Counted from the first letter of the stretch, positions 1-10,100 are shown. The stretch is 64,000 bases of DNA from Bdellovibrionales bacterium (GCA_947462765.1 CANHQK010000004.1:11206-75205), one strand, 5' to 3'. Made by a program: numbers and translations. Notes: generated from the sequence alone by a model not told the origin.

Positions 1-1430
1 CTTCCCATTCTGTAAAGAACGCCAGAGACGCTGCCCTCGATTCCACGTCCCGGGAGCACCCGAATACCGCTGGCCCTCATCAAGGGTGCCGACGGGTCCG
101 CGTCACGCAAGATCGCACGTGCCAAGGGATGCTCGCTTCCCGACTGCAGGGCTCGAGCAATCAGGAGCACGCCTTCGGGATCTTTTGATTCGATCCGGGT
201 GAGCACCGGTTTCCCGGTGGTGAGGGTCCCGGTCTTGTCGAGCGCCAGGACCGTGATCCGGTTTGCAATCTCGAGCGCGTCCATGTCCCGGATGAAGATC
301 CCCTCTCTCGCAGCCCGACCGGTCCCCACCATGAGTGCGGTTGGAGTCGCGAGTCCGAGAGCACAAGGACACGCGATGACCAATACCGTCACCGCACGGA
401 TGATTGCGGTTTCGCCGAATCCGGAACTCAGGCTCAACCAGACCAGCACCCCCAAGGCGAGCAGGAGAACCGCCGGCACAAAAACCGCCGAAACCCGATC
501 GACCATTCGTTGGATCGGAGGTTTTTTATCCTGTGCATTCTCGATCAATGCAATGATCCTCGACAGCAGCGTTTCAGCACCGAGCGCGGTGACCTCGATC
601 TGAAGCGGACCGGTGACATTCAGGGCTCCGCCCCTGACCAAATCGCCCGGCACTTTCGAAAGCAGACGGCTCTCCCCGGTCAAAAAAGACTCATCGAGAT
701 CACTCTCGCCCTCGATGACCAAACCGTCTGTCGGAATCCGCTCACCGGGCAGCACCAAAACACGGTCGCCCCGCTTCACTCCCGAGATCGGAATTTCGAA
801 CGATTGAGCCCCCAAGCATACGCGGGCCGAGGCGGGCTGAAGCGTTTCAAGTGATCGAAGGGCCCGGGTGGTCCGGATCCTCGCCCGGAGTTCCAGCCAT
901 TTTCCCAAACGGACCAGCACAAGAATCATGGCTGAACTCTCGAACCAAGGATGATGCGAGAAAAAACTCAATCCGAAGGCCGCGGAGGTGCCGAGCACGA
1001 CCAGGACATCCATGTTCGCACTCCCTGAGAGGATCGCCTTCCACGCCCGGACGTAAAATTTCCGTCCGGATCCGAACTGGATGAAAGAGGCGATCAGCGC
1101 CTGCATCCAGAAGGGCATGGGGATCATCAACACGAGTGGAATGGCCAGGACCGCTGCGATCATCCATTCCCTGAACTCCGACCTGGCCTCGATCACAGGA
1201 TCGGTTGCACCTGTGAAGACCGCCTCATAACCCGCCGAAGATACGGCGTCGGTCACGCGATCTCTCGCACCCCCCCCGCTCGAGGGCAATACGATTCTCG
1301 CCCTGCCGGTGACCAGGTTGACCGTCACCCCTTCAGCACCCGGTATTTTAGCAAGAGCGGCCTCGATCTTCGCGACGCAAGCCGCGCAAGTCATCCCGCG
1401 GATGTGGAACTTCAACTCGGTCGGGCCCAT
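1..1430 (-). CDS. Heavy-metal translocating P1B-type ATPase, partial: the N-terminal ~476 aa are in the window and the C-terminus runs off the window start
   Basis: Minus-strand translation from ATG (complement of 1428-1430) gives MGPTELKFHIRGMTCAACVAKIEAALAKIPG, an HMA metal-binding domain with GMTCxxC. Downstream it gives ...VIACPCALGLATPTALMVGTGRAA (CPC transduction motif, ~pos 330-400) and ...VLALDKTGTLTTGKP (DKTGT phosphorylation motif, ~pos 230), then SEHPLA. No stop before position 1, so the ORF track missed it. Confidence 0.85.
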   Translation of the reverse strand, partial: MGPTELKFHIRGMTCAACVAKIEAALAKIPGAEGVTVNLVTGRARIVLPSSGGGARDRVTDAVSSAGYEAVFTGATDPVIEARSEFREWMIAAVLAIPLVLMIPMPFWMQALIASFIQFGSGRKFYVRAWKAILSGSANMDVLVVLGTSAAFGLSFFSHHPWFESSAMILVLVRLGKWLELRARIRTTRALRSLETLQPASARVCLGAQSFEIPISGVKRGDRVLVLPGERIPTDGLVIEGESDLDESFLTGESRLLSKVPGDLVRGGALNVTGPLQIEVTALGAETLLSRIIALIENAQDKKPPIQRMVDRVSAVFVPAVLLLALGVLVWLSLSSGFGETAIIRAVTVLVIACPCALGLATPTALMVGTGRAAREGIFIRDMDALEIANRITVLALDKTGTLTTGKPVLTRIESKDPEGVLLIARALQSGSEHPLARAILRDADPSAPLMRASGIRVLPGRGIEGSVSGVLYRMG

Positions 1431-1439
1431 GTTCCGATC

Positions 1440-2153
1440 TTACCCTCCTGTGCCTTCGATGGCTTCCGAAAAAACCTCGAATTCCTCGAACCGACCCGAG
1501 TGGGAGAGCACAAGCAGGCCTCCGGTCCCGGCTTTTTTGATCCGATGAATGAGTTCTATTGCCCGATTTTTTCCGTACCGGCGCACCCATCGATCGGGAT
1601 GCCAGCCGTGCAATTTAAATTGAATCATATCCGGCCGGACACTCATCTTCACCGGGTGAGAGTCCGGATCGATCACCCAGCCCGCCCGGGAAAAATCGGC
1701 AATCCACCTGCGGAACTGACGGTGCGAATCCCCTTCTCCCCATTCGAGCGCGACGGGAACTTTACACTCCCGAAGCACTCCTTGAATGGAGGGAATCCAC
1801 CGCTCCTCGGGCTCAAGCTCGAATACCCGTCGCCCACTCGAAATCGAGTGAAAACACACCAATCCCTGCAACTCCTCCTCCATGAGCATGAGCCTTTCGG
1901 CAAGGGTTTCTGGGTCCCGAATCGGTCTGAGGACCGTGCGGGCCACCACCGTACACTCACGATCGCGAAACCGTTTCCGGTATCGTGCCCGCTTGCCAGC
2001 CGACAACCCGAACCATAACCCCGTATCGAGCTCAAAGCATTTGAATGGATGATCCCACTGTTCTGATCGATCCGGATCGAACTTACCCAGGACCAGCCGG
2101 ATCGGGCTCGAGGGTTGCTTCGGTCCTGTTGGGGCGTTAAGGTCGGGGGACAT
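1440..2153 (-). CDS. Hypothetical protein (237 aa), function unknown
   Basis: Intact ORF in tandem upstream of the ATPase gene on the minus strand. No motif I can assign with confidence. Confidence 0.45.
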   Translation of the reverse strand: MSPDLNAPTGPKQPSSPIRLVLGKFDPDRSEQWDHPFKCFELDTGLWFGLSAGKRARYRKRFRDRECTVVARTVLRPIRDPETLAERLMLMEEELQGLVCFHSISSGRRVFELEPEERWIPSIQGVLRECKVPVALEWGEGDSHRQFRRWIADFSRAGWVIDPDSHPVKMSVRPDMIQFKLHGWHPDRWVRRYGKNRAIELIHRIKKAGTGGLLVLSHSGRFEEFEVFSEAIEGTGG

Positions 2154-3381
2154 GAAAGCGATCTTTGCACAAAAAGCGATCCGGGTCGCCGCCCTTGGCT
2201 ACTTTGTCGACCTTTACGACTTGGTACTTTATGGCGCAGTCCGGTTGGAAAGTTTGCGCGGGATCGGGATCACTGGAGAGGCGGCCTTCCATGAGGGAGC
2301 GAAACTCCTCAATTTACAGATGGCCGGGATGGTCGCAGGGGGGTTCCTGTTCGGAATCCTAGGCGACCGGATGGGGCGGAAGTCAGCCTTGTTCGGATCC
2401 ATCTTGCTCTATTCCACAGCCACATTTCTCAATGCCTGGGTCACCGACCTTCCAACCTATGGCGCACTCCGCTTTTTGGCGGGGTGTGGACTCGCCGGAG
2501 AGCTCGGGGTCGCCGTGACCCTGGCCAATGAGCTTTTGCCCGCCACCACACGGGGCATGGGGAGCGCATGGATTGCCACCATCGGGTTTTTCGGTGCGGC
2601 TTGCTCCAGCATGATTTCCTCGCAGCTTCCGTGGCGCACGGCCTATGCAATCGGGGGGCTCCTGGGATTCGCACTGCTCTTGGCGCGGGTGCGGATTTTC
2701 GATCCGGACCTGTTCCTTCGAGCAAAACAAGCCGGAACCCATGCGAACTGGGGCTCATTGCGCCTTTTATTCGGATCCCCTTCGCGAGTGCTTCGCCTCA
2801 TTCCCGCGATCCTGGCGGGAGTTCCAATCTGGTATGTGGCGGGAATTCTCTCTTACTTTGCTCCAGAGCTTGGAAAAGCGCTTGAGATCGAGGGGGATGT
2901 CTCGGCCGGAACCACGATCTTTTGCGGCTATGCGGGGGCCATGGCAGGAGACATCGCTTGTGGTCTGCTAAGCCAGCACTGGAAAAGCCGCAAACGAGCG
3001 GTTCTTGCATTCATGCTCCTCGGCGGCGCACTTGCGCTCGGACATCCGTGGATGCTGAGGGGTGCTCCTCCGTGGTTGTTTTACGCCGTTCAGGGTTTGA
3101 TCGGTTTCGGAAACGGGTACTTTGCCACCCTGGTAGCATGGGTATCAGAGAGCTTTGGCACCAACCTTCGAGTGACGGCCACCAGTGTGATTGCGAATTT
3201 GATTCGCGCCTCGGTGATCCCCCTGACGATGGGATTCAGGACCCTGATTCCGAGCCTCGGTTGGGTGGGAGCCAGCGTGGCGGTCGGGACCGCGTGCTTC
3301 GGGGTCGGCCTTTGGGGCACCCGAAAGATGGAAGAGGGCTTCAATAAGGATCTCAATTACTTAGAGCAGGATGCCGTTTAG
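2152..3381 (+). CDS. MFS family transporter
   Basis: 409-aa ORF with multiple hydrophobic helices. MFS signature after TM2: GILGDRMGRKSALFGS (G-x-L-a-D-r-x-G-r-k). Confidence 0.8.
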   Translation: MKAIFAQKAIRVAALGYFVDLYDLVLYGAVRLESLRGIGITGEAAFHEGAKLLNLQMAGMVAGGFLFGILGDRMGRKSALFGSILLYSTATFLNAWVTDLPTYGALRFLAGCGLAGELGVAVTLANELLPATTRGMGSAWIATIGFFGAACSSMISSQLPWRTAYAIGGLLGFALLLARVRIFDPDLFLRAKQAGTHANWGSLRLLFGSPSRVLRLIPAILAGVPIWYVAGILSYFAPELGKALEIEGDVSAGTTIFCGYAGAMAGDIACGLLSQHWKSRKRAVLAFMLLGGALALGHPWMLRGAPPWLFYAVQGLIGFGNGYFATLVAWVSESFGTNLRVTATSVIANLIRASVIPLTMGFRTLIPSLGWVGASVAVGTACFGVGLWGTRKMEEGFNKDLNYLEQDAV

Positions 3382-3438
3382 ACCTTCTTGAAAGAAAACC
3401 CTTCCCAAACCTGCGGTATTTGGCTATAAGCGTCACAA

Positions 3439-3867
3439 ATGAACCTCAAGGCTCTCACCTTTGCACTGCTGCTGTGTCCGCCCCTGGCTTCATCCACCCC
3501 CGTTTCCACGAATGCACGTCCGATCGACCCGCTCCAGATCCAGTGCAAACTCCGTAACGACCGCTTCTGGACCGAAATCAACTTCTCACTGGATGCCAGC
3601 GGTAAACTCTCCGGCATACTCGGCAACTACGTATTCACCACCGGCGGTAACCGCAAATTCATTTCCGGAAATGTTCTTTTCGACATCCTCACTTTCGAAA
3701 ACTCCATCATCGGCCATACCGGAGATCCACGCGGGGTGGTTTCCCGCTTCTCCTTGATGCGCGAGGAATCCAACTTTTCGCGTTGGGTCTACGAACAAAC
3801 CGATCCCCACGGCGAAAAAACGGTCGCCATCTTCAAGTGCTTCCAGAAAATGCCCCCGCGCAGGTGA
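3439..3867 (+). CDS. Secreted hypothetical protein
   Basis: 142-aa ORF with an N-terminal signal-peptide-like segment MNLKALTFALLLCPPLASS. No recognisable domain. Confidence 0.45.
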   Translation: MNLKALTFALLLCPPLASSTPVSTNARPIDPLQIQCKLRNDRFWTEINFSLDASGKLSGILGNYVFTTGGNRKFISGNVLFDILTFENSIIGHTGDPRGVVSRFSLMREESNFSRWVYEQTDPHGEKTVAIFKCFQKMPPRR

Positions 3868-4400
3868 GGAGTTTCCGGACGGGAGCTTACTGTGGAGCCT
3901 GGATCCCGCGCGAGGCGGACCGGTTGACAACGAGGGCCCGGATCGAGGCGACATTACGGGAAGTCCTGTGCGATCCGGATGGCAGTCTGGAAGTGAATGC
4001 ATCGGGCCCCCATTGGATCGGCACCCGGGCCATCGGTCTCTCTTATGCTCACGATGAGAACACGGTGTTCTTGGTCTGGACACCGGATGGTCGACCCGTT
4101 GGAGTGGACCTGGAGCCAGCCGACCGCCAGCTAAAACACTCCATCACAGCACTGGCCGAGCGGTTTTTTCACAGCTCCGAAGCCGCCACCCTGGCCCGCC
4201 TTTCCGAACCTGAACGAACCGTAGCCTTCCTCGATCTTTGGCTCAGGAAAGAGGCCGTGGCAAAACTCACCAGGCGAGGCTTGGTCTACAGTCTGGCAAT
4301 CAATCTCGATCAATTGGAAGAGATCGAATTCGAGGAACCCGCCCTGCTCCCACGAGGGAAGCGGGCGGTACTCGCGTTCTTTAAGTCTTCGACCCGGTGA
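3783..4400 (+). CDS. 4'-phosphopantetheinyl transferase (Sfp/EntD-type)
   Basis: Motifs GVDLE (G-I/V-D-I/L-E) and WLRKEAVAKLTRRGL (W-x-x-KEA-x-x-K-x-x-G). Length ~205 aa is typical. The ORF-track start at 3783 overlaps the upstream ORF by 85 nt, so the true start is uncertain; an in-frame GTG is near 3891. Confidence 0.7.
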   Translation: MGLRTNRSPRRKNGRHLQVLPENAPAQVRSFRTGAYCGAWIPREADRLTTRARIEATLREVLCDPDGSLEVNASGPHWIGTRAIGLSYAHDENTVFLVWTPDGRPVGVDLEPADRQLKHSITALAERFFHSSEAATLARLSEPERTVAFLDLWLRKEAVAKLTRRGLVYSLAINLDQLEEIEFEEPALLPRGKRAVLAFFKSSTR

Positions 4401-4402
4401 AC

Positions 4403-5209
4403 TCAGGCTCCGCCGTCGGCACTGCCCATGCCCGCACGGAAATCGGCGGCGAGGGCGGCCTTCAGGTATTCCTGCTTCATGATCGCGATGTTCTGGATCG
4501 AGATCTTCTTCGGACAAGCGGCTTCACACTCCTGCAAATTGGAGCAACTGCCGAATCCTTCCTTGTCCATCTGATCGACCATCCGGATCACGCGGCGCTT
4601 GCGGTCGGCCTGACCTTGCGGCAGGAGCGCGAGCTGAGTGATCTTCGCGGAGGTGAAGAGCGAAGCCGATGCGTTCGGACAAGCCGCCACACAGGCACCG
4701 CAGCCGATACAAGCCGCGGCGTCCATCGCCCGATCGGCCAGATCTTTCGGGATCAGGATCGCATTGGCATCGGCATGAGGACCCGTCTTAGCACCGGTGT
4801 AACCACCGGCCATCTGGATGCGGTCGAAAGCACGACGATCGGTCACGAGATCGCGGATCACCGGAAAGGCCTTGGCTCTCCAAGGCTCGATCGTGATGGT
4901 TTCCCCGTCGGTGAAAGCGCGCATGTAGAGCTGGCAAGTGGTGGCTCCGCGGACCGGACCGTGCGCCTGACCCTGGACCATCAAAGAGCAGGTACCGCAA
5001 ATCCCCTCGCGGCAGTCACTCTCGAACTCCAGCGGGCGCTTACCGCTCTTGATGATCTGCTCGTTCAGAACATCGAGCATCTCCAGGAAAGACATGTCGG
5101 TGAGCACGTTTTTCAACTCGTGCTCCTCGAAGAAGCCCTGGGCTTCACGGGATTCCTGTCTCCAAACACGCAAACGGACATTGATGGTTTTCGATTGGGA
5201 AGCGCTCAT
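4403..5209 (-). CDS. sdhB: Succinate dehydrogenase/fumarate reductase iron-sulfur subunit
   Basis: Cys clusters CREGICGTCS (2Fe-2S), CIGCGACVAACP and CxxxxECEAACP (4Fe-4S/3Fe-4S). Sits 3' of the flavoprotein gene; its first codon overlaps the sdhA stop. Confidence 0.9.
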   Translation of the reverse strand: MSASQSKTINVRLRVWRQESREAQGFFEEHELKNVLTDMSFLEMLDVLNEQIIKSGKRPLEFESDCREGICGTCSLMVQGQAHGPVRGATTCQLYMRAFTDGETITIEPWRAKAFPVIRDLVTDRRAFDRIQMAGGYTGAKTGPHADANAILIPKDLADRAMDAAACIGCGACVAACPNASASLFTSAKITQLALLPQGQADRKRRVIRMVDQMDKEGFGSCSNLQECEAACPKKISIQNIAIMKQEYLKAALAADFRAGMGSADGGA

Positions 5210-7143
5210 TATTTGTAGCTCCTCACTGAGAGTTTCACATTCTCGTACACGAGTTTCTCCTGGTGACGGACCGGGACTTGCCCCTTGCCCTTGTATTCCC
5301 AGGCGGCCACGTGGGCGTAGTTCTCGTCATCCCGCTGGGCTTCCCCATCAGGAGTCTGGCTTTCGACCCGGAAATGCCCCCCGCAGGATTCTTTGCGCTC
5401 CAGAGCATCGCGAGCCATGAGGGCTGCGAGCTCGAGGAGGTCGCGCAAGCGGCCCGCCATCTCGAGATTCTTGTTCAACTTCGAATCGCCGGTCAGAAGC
5501 AGATCCGTATCGAAATCCTTCTGGAGTTTTTCGATCTCCGCGAGCGCTTCCTTGAGACCTTGTTCCGACCGGGCCATCCCGATCTTGTCCCAAACGACTT
5601 TTCCGAGATCGCGGTAGATCTCGGTCACTGTGCGCTTGCCCTTTTTGCCGTTCTCGAGCATCCGGTCGATCTCGGAACGCACCTCTTTTTCGGCCGAATC
5701 GAAAGCGGCGTGCGACACATCCACCTTCTTCAACAAATCCTGGGCATGGGTGCCGAGGTAGTTGGTGACGGTATAAGGAAGAATGAAGTAACCGTCCGAA
5801 AGCCCCTGCATGAGCGCGGAGGCACCGAGGCGGTTCGCTCCGTGATCGGAGAAGTTCGCTTCGCCCGCCGCGAACAAACCGGGGAGTGTGGTCTGGAGCG
5901 AGTAATCGACCCAGAGCCCGCCCATGGTGTAGTGAACGGCGGGGTAAATACGCATCGGAGCCTGGTACGGGTTCTCGTTCGTGATCTCGTGATACATGTC
6001 GAAGAGGTTGCCGTAACGCTCTCGAATCGCCGCCTCTCCATCACGCTTGATGGCATCCCGGAAGTCGAGATAAACCGCCAACCCGCTCTCACCAACACCC
6101 CTGCCCTCATCGCATACTTCTTTGGCGGCACGGGAGGCGATGTCGCGAGGAGCGAGGTTCCCGAAACTCGGGTACTTGCGCTCGAGATAATAGTCACGAT
6201 CTTCGTCAGCGATCGTGCTCGGATCCTTTTTGCAATCCTCTTTCTTTTTCGGAACCCACACCCGCCCGTCGTTCCGGAGACTCTCGGACATCAGCGTGAG
6301 CTTGGCCTGGTAGCTTCCAGAGACCGGAATGCAGGTCGGATGGATCTGGACGTAGCACGGATTGCCGAAGAGAGCCCCGCGCCGGTGTGCGCGCCAAATC
6401 GCCGTGACATTGGAGTTCATCGCGTTGGTCGAGAGGAAGTAAACCCGACCGTACCCGCCGGTTGCGAGCACCACCGCATCGGCCGCATGTCTTTCGATCT
6501 CACCGTTCGTCACATTCCGGGTGATGATCCCGCGGGCTTTTCCGTCCACCATCACCACATCGAGCATTTCGCGATAAGGGAACAGGGTGACCTTGCCCTT
6601 GTCGACTTCCTTCATGAGCTGGCTGTAAGCACCGAGCAGCAATTGCTGACCGGTCTGACCGCGGGCGTAAAAGGTCCTCGAAACCTGAGCTCCACCGAAA
6701 GAACGGTTTGCGAGCTCCCCGCTGTATTCGCGGGCGAAGGGGACCCCCTGGGAGACACACTGATCGATGATCGAGGTCGAGTTCTGGGCCAGGCGGTACA
6801 CGTTTGCCTCACGGGCACGGTAATCGCCACCCTTGATAGTATCGTAAAACAGACGCCAGACGGAGTCGCCATCGTTCGGATAGCTCTTGGCCGCGTTGAT
6901 CCCGCCCTGGGCTGCGATCGAGTGGGCCCGGCGCGCGGAGTCGTGAGTGCAGAACGACTTCACCTGGTAGCCGAGCTCGGCGAGCGATGCCGCCGCCGAT
7001 GCTCCGGCGAGCCCCGTTCCGACCACGATCACGGAGTATTTCCGCTTGTTGGCCGGGTTCACGAGCTTCATGTTGGCCTTGTAAGTATCCCACTTCTGGG
7101 AGAGCGGTCCTTCCGGAATCCCCGGATTCAATTCGATACTCAT
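5209..7143 (-). CDS. sdhA: Succinate dehydrogenase/fumarate reductase flavoprotein subunit (644 aa, type-B enzyme size)
   Basis: N-terminal FAD Rossmann [14 protein letters not shown]. Covalent-FAD histidine context [14 protein letters not shown]. Length and order C-A-B resemble Bacillus/Wolinella-type SQR/QFR. Confidence 0.92.
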   Translation of the reverse strand: MSIELNPGIPEGPLSQKWDTYKANMKLVNPANKRKYSVIVVGTGLAGASAAASLAELGYQVKSFCTHDSARRAHSIAAQGGINAAKSYPNDGDSVWRLFYDTIKGGDYRAREANVYRLAQNSTSIIDQCVSQGVPFAREYSGELANRSFGGAQVSRTFYARGQTGQQLLLGAYSQLMKEVDKGKVTLFPYREMLDVVMVDGKARGIITRNVTNGEIERHAADAVVLATGGYGRVYFLSTNAMNSNVTAIWRAHRRGALFGNPCYVQIHPTCIPVSGSYQAKLTLMSESLRNDGRVWVPKKKEDCKKDPSTIADEDRDYYLERKYPSFGNLAPRDIASRAAKEVCDEGRGVGESGLAVYLDFRDAIKRDGEAAIRERYGNLFDMYHEITNENPYQAPMRIYPAVHYTMGGLWVDYSLQTTLPGLFAAGEANFSDHGANRLGASALMQGLSDGYFILPYTVTNYLGTHAQDLLKKVDVSHAAFDSAEKEVRSEIDRMLENGKKGKRTVTEIYRDLGKVVWDKIGMARSEQGLKEALAEIEKLQKDFDTDLLLTGDSKLNKNLEMAGRLRDLLELAALMARDALERKESCGGHFRVESQTPDGEAQRDDENYAHVAAWEYKGKGQVPVRHQEKLVYENVKLSVRSYK

Positions 7144-7847
7144 GAGTTACCTCCGCCGGACTGGGTTGCGTAAATGTAAATCGGGATGAACAGGAAACCG
7201 AATGCAAGTAACAGCGCGATCACCAGACCGAGCGCGTGGATCGGTTTCGACCAACGCGGATTGATGATCCCGAGGGACTGGAAGGCACTCCAGTACCCGT
7301 GACGGAGATGGAAGCCGAGGAACAGCATGGAGCCGACATAAAATGCCACCCACTTGAGCTGCGCAAAGGCCTCGACCACCACACGGTAAATGTCATGAAC
7401 CATGACTCCATCCACCGATGCGGTGTAGCCATCCTCCATGCTCGGCCCGAAACGGAACTGGGCCACATGAACAATCAGAAACACCCCGAGCACCACACCG
7501 GTCCAGATCATGTTCCGGGAGCTGACCGAATTCTTCGATGGTCCGCCCTTGGTTTTCGCGTTCTCATAGTCGACCGGGCGTGCCGCCTTGGCGGAATAAG
7601 TCACCTGAAATGCAGTGACGATGTGAAGCAGAATGGTGAGCGCCAACCCCACCTCGAGTGCGATCAAAGCGGGACCCAGTGCATGCAAGCGGGCCGCATA
7701 GGTGTTCATGGGATCTCCGCTTCCCGCGTAGAGAGTCAGATTGCCCAGGAGATGCACCACCAGGAACAGGACCAGCGCCAGACCCGAGGCGCCCATGAGA
7801 TACTTTCTTCCCAGGGTCGATGAAAACAGCCGCGATAAAGGTACCAT
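7140..7847 (-). CDS. sdhC: Succinate dehydrogenase cytochrome b subunit (type-B, 5-TM dihaem anchor)
   Basis: Hydrophobic protein with conserved His in the helices (HLLGN, HIVTAF, HVAQF). Start moved from the ORF-track 8072 to the ATG at 7847 (MVPLSRLF), which has a GGAG SD 10 nt upstream; the 8072 start would collide with the divergent LysR gene. Confidence 0.8.
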   Translation of the reverse strand: MVPLSRLFSSTLGRKYLMGASGLALVLFLVVHLLGNLTLYAGSGDPMNTYAARLHALGPALIALEVGLALTILLHIVTAFQVTYSAKAARPVDYENAKTKGGPSKNSVSSRNMIWTGVVLGVFLIVHVAQFRFGPSMEDGYTASVDGVMVHDIYRVVVEAFAQLKWVAFYVGSMLFLGFHLRHGYWSAFQSLGIINPRWSKPIHALGLVIALLLAFGFLFIPIYIYATQSGGGNS

Positions 7848-7940
7848 TGCTCGGTTCGCTCCTTTTTGGATTTGAATGTCTTCTTGTTTTATCGCAAAAA
7901 TGCTCCCTTCTCCACTTGATTTCAACAGGATGCGCCCCGT

Positions 7941-8861
7941 ATGCTGAGCCCGATGCTCATCGACCAGATCAACCTGAACCAGCTTCGTGTTTTCGAGTCG
8001 GTGTACCGCACCAAAAGCATGACACGGGCCGCAAAAGAGCTGCATCTCACCCAATCGGGCGTTAGTCAGCACATCAAGGCACTCGAGGAGGTCCTCGAGC
8101 TGAAGCTCTTCGATCGGATCAAACAGAAGTTAGTCGCGACTCCGGCCGCCCGGGAACTCTACCAGCACACCTCGAAAAGCTTCGAATACATCGAAACCAC
8201 GCTGAACCGCCTGAAGAACACGGACAAGGAATTGGCCGGTCTGGTGTCGATCGGGGTTCCGATTGAATTCGGGAACAACGTGATCATTCCGATGCTCGCG
8301 GAGTTCCAGAAGAAGAATCCCAAAGTCCGGTTCAAAATCCGTCAAGGATTCGCCTTCGAAATGAACCACCACTTGATGAGCGGAGAACTGGACTTCGCCT
8401 TCGTCGATTCGTTTTCTCTCGACAAAGGCATCAAGACCGAGGCGGTTTACGACGAAGTCCTCGAGCTCTGCATCTCCAAAAAGACCCAACTCCCGCAGAA
8501 GCCCCAAGCGGACTATGCCTTCTTCGAAAAACTGTCCTATGTGGATTACCAGGAGGATCAATCCGTCCTGAGCCTCTGGATGAGACACCACTTCGACGTT
8601 CGTAATCCCGAACTTGATGTGCGGGTGTACATCACCGACGCCCAAGCGGTGTCGAAGCTCATCCTGAACCAAGTCGGAGCCGGAATCCTCCCGGGTCACC
8701 TGGCTCAAAAGCTCCTGAACCGCGGTGAAGATCTTTTGGTCCTGAAAGGCGGGTCTTCGCCACTCCTGAACACCATCAGCATCGCACACCTCGAGGATAA
8801 AACCCTCACCACCGCCGGAAAAGCCATCCTGAACCATTTACGAAGCCAACTGAAGCGCTGA
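7941..8861 (+). CDS. LysR-family transcriptional regulator
   Basis: N-terminal LysR HTH: NLNQLRVFESVYRTKSMTRAAKELHLTQSGVSQHIKALEEVLELKLFDR. Divergent from sdhCAB. Confidence 0.9.
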   Translation: MLSPMLIDQINLNQLRVFESVYRTKSMTRAAKELHLTQSGVSQHIKALEEVLELKLFDRIKQKLVATPAARELYQHTSKSFEYIETTLNRLKNTDKELAGLVSIGVPIEFGNNVIIPMLAEFQKKNPKVRFKIRQGFAFEMNHHLMSGELDFAFVDSFSLDKGIKTEAVYDEVLELCISKKTQLPQKPQADYAFFEKLSYVDYQEDQSVLSLWMRHHFDVRNPELDVRVYITDAQAVSKLILNQVGAGILPGHLAQKLLNRGEDLLVLKGGSSPLLNTISIAHLEDKTLTTAGKAILNHLRSQLKR

Positions 8862-8867
8862 ACGGGA

Positions 8868-10100
8868 TTAGTCTTCGAATTCGTAACGGGAGAGATTCTT
8901 CATTCCGGCCTTGTATCCGGCTTTCACGATTTCGGTGAGCTTCCTGGGGTTCAGCGTGAAGTGCTCGGCCATGATCGTGCGTGTGTCAGATGGATCCGGG
9001 TGAATCGGAATGATGTCGAGTGAGCGACTCTGGTTCAGCTCTTTTTCGAGAATTTGAAGGATCTTCTCCGCCTGCTCGTCCCCGAGACCCGAATCCTTGC
9101 AATAACGGTACACCTCGTTCATCGCAGACTTTTTGGAACGGTACGACTCGTAAGTGCTGTTGATCTTCTGCTCAATGAGAATGTAAATGCCTTGAACCAC
9201 AATCGCCGGGAGCCCGAGCGAGGTCAGGGAACCGACCTCCTTCACGTACCGGTAGGGTTGGTGCGTGTAGCTGGTGAACACCAGATCCGCACCGGAATCC
9301 ACCGCGATATGGGTCGAAAGCGTCTCACGGATCTCACCATCGATGTAATAGTGGGAACGTCCGTTTTCATCAGGAATATGGTAGGGAGCGTACACCACCG
9401 GAAGCGAGGCACTCGCCGCCACAGCATCCGAAATCCGCGCATGAGTCTGGTACTCACAACGGGGATCATGGGGGGGCGGCGCATAGGAACTCTTCCCGAA
9501 AACGACTTTTTGAGAATCATTCAGCTTGGTGCTGACAATGAACAATTCCGGCTTGTAATCGGAAAAGCGGTTCGAAGGGATCACTTCCTCCCGGATGAAC
9601 TGCTCGAGCCCGGATGTACTGAAAAGCCCCGTCATTTTCAGCCACTTGAACTGCAACAGCGAGGGAAAACGCCCGTCCATGAGTGAACCCATGATGTCCC
9701 GGACGGCAGCGAACTGGGTGACCTGCTCCTTGGCGATCTCGGGACGGATCTTGAACATTTTCGAGTACTGGAGCCTCGGCAAAGGACGCGGAAAGAACTG
9801 CGACCCCTCGGAGGAGACCTGGTTCAGAAAAGAGGCGGAGATATTCTCGAGCGAATAACCCGCGGCAAGGACAGTAGTAATGAACGCACCACCGCTCGAG
9901 CCGACATAAGTCTGGATCGTTCTCGATCCGGGGACAGGCTCGGGCTGGTCGGTTTTGAGACCGCACTGAAAATCGAAACCGCACTCCCGGAGCGCATAGG
10001 CTACCCCGATATGGAACGCAGCCGCCTTGGTTCCGCCACCGGACAACACGAGGGCGAGCTTCTTCTTCCTCGAAATCCTTTTTTTCGGTGTCGCAACCAT
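8868..10100 (-). CDS. Patatin-like phospholipase with a long C-terminal extension
   Basis: Oxyanion motif LVLSGGGTKAAAFHIGV, nucleophile elbow GSSGG (G-x-S-x-G), and DGE in the catalytic Asp region. Start reassigned to the ATG at 10100 (MVATPKKRISRKKKLALVLSGGG) with an upstream GGAGAG SD. Confidence 0.75.
   Translation of the reverse strand: MVATPKKRISRKKKLALVLSGGGTKAAAFHIGVAYALRECGFDFQCGLKTDQPEPVPGSRTIQTYVGSSGGAFITTVLAAGYSLENISASFLNQVSSEGSQFFPRPLPRLQYSKMFKIRPEIAKEQVTQFAAVRDIMGSLMDGRFPSLLQFKWLKMTGLFSTSGLEQFIREEVIPSNRFSDYKPELFIVSTKLNDSQKVVFGKSSYAPPPHDPRCEYQTHARISDAVAASASLPVVYAPYHIPDENGRSHYYIDGEIRETLSTHIAVDSGADLVFTSYTHQPYRYVKEVGSLTSLGLPAIVVQGIYILIEQKINSTYESYRSKKSAMNEVYRYCKDSGLGDEQAEKILQILEKELNQSRSLDIIPIHPDPSDTRTIMAEHFTLNPRKLTEIVKAGYKAGMKNLSRYEFED

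Noticed and set aside
1404-2170. 204-aa plus ORF and 165-aa minus ORF overlapping the 1440-2153 gene and the ATPase start
   Set aside because: These are alternative frames of the same region with no start context or motifs. The HMA-domain start of the ATPase on the minus strand explains 1380-1430.
5263-7173. 636-aa plus-strand ORF (and several 70-150-aa ORFs) antisense to sdhA
   Set aside because: It is entirely embedded opposite a gene with unambiguous flavoprotein motifs. A long antisense ORF is expected by chance in GC-rich DNA with few stop codons, and its translation has no recognisable features.
8130-8837. 235-aa minus-strand ORF antisense to the LysR gene
   Set aside because: It is a shadow ORF. 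The LysR HTH on the plus strand is unambiguous.
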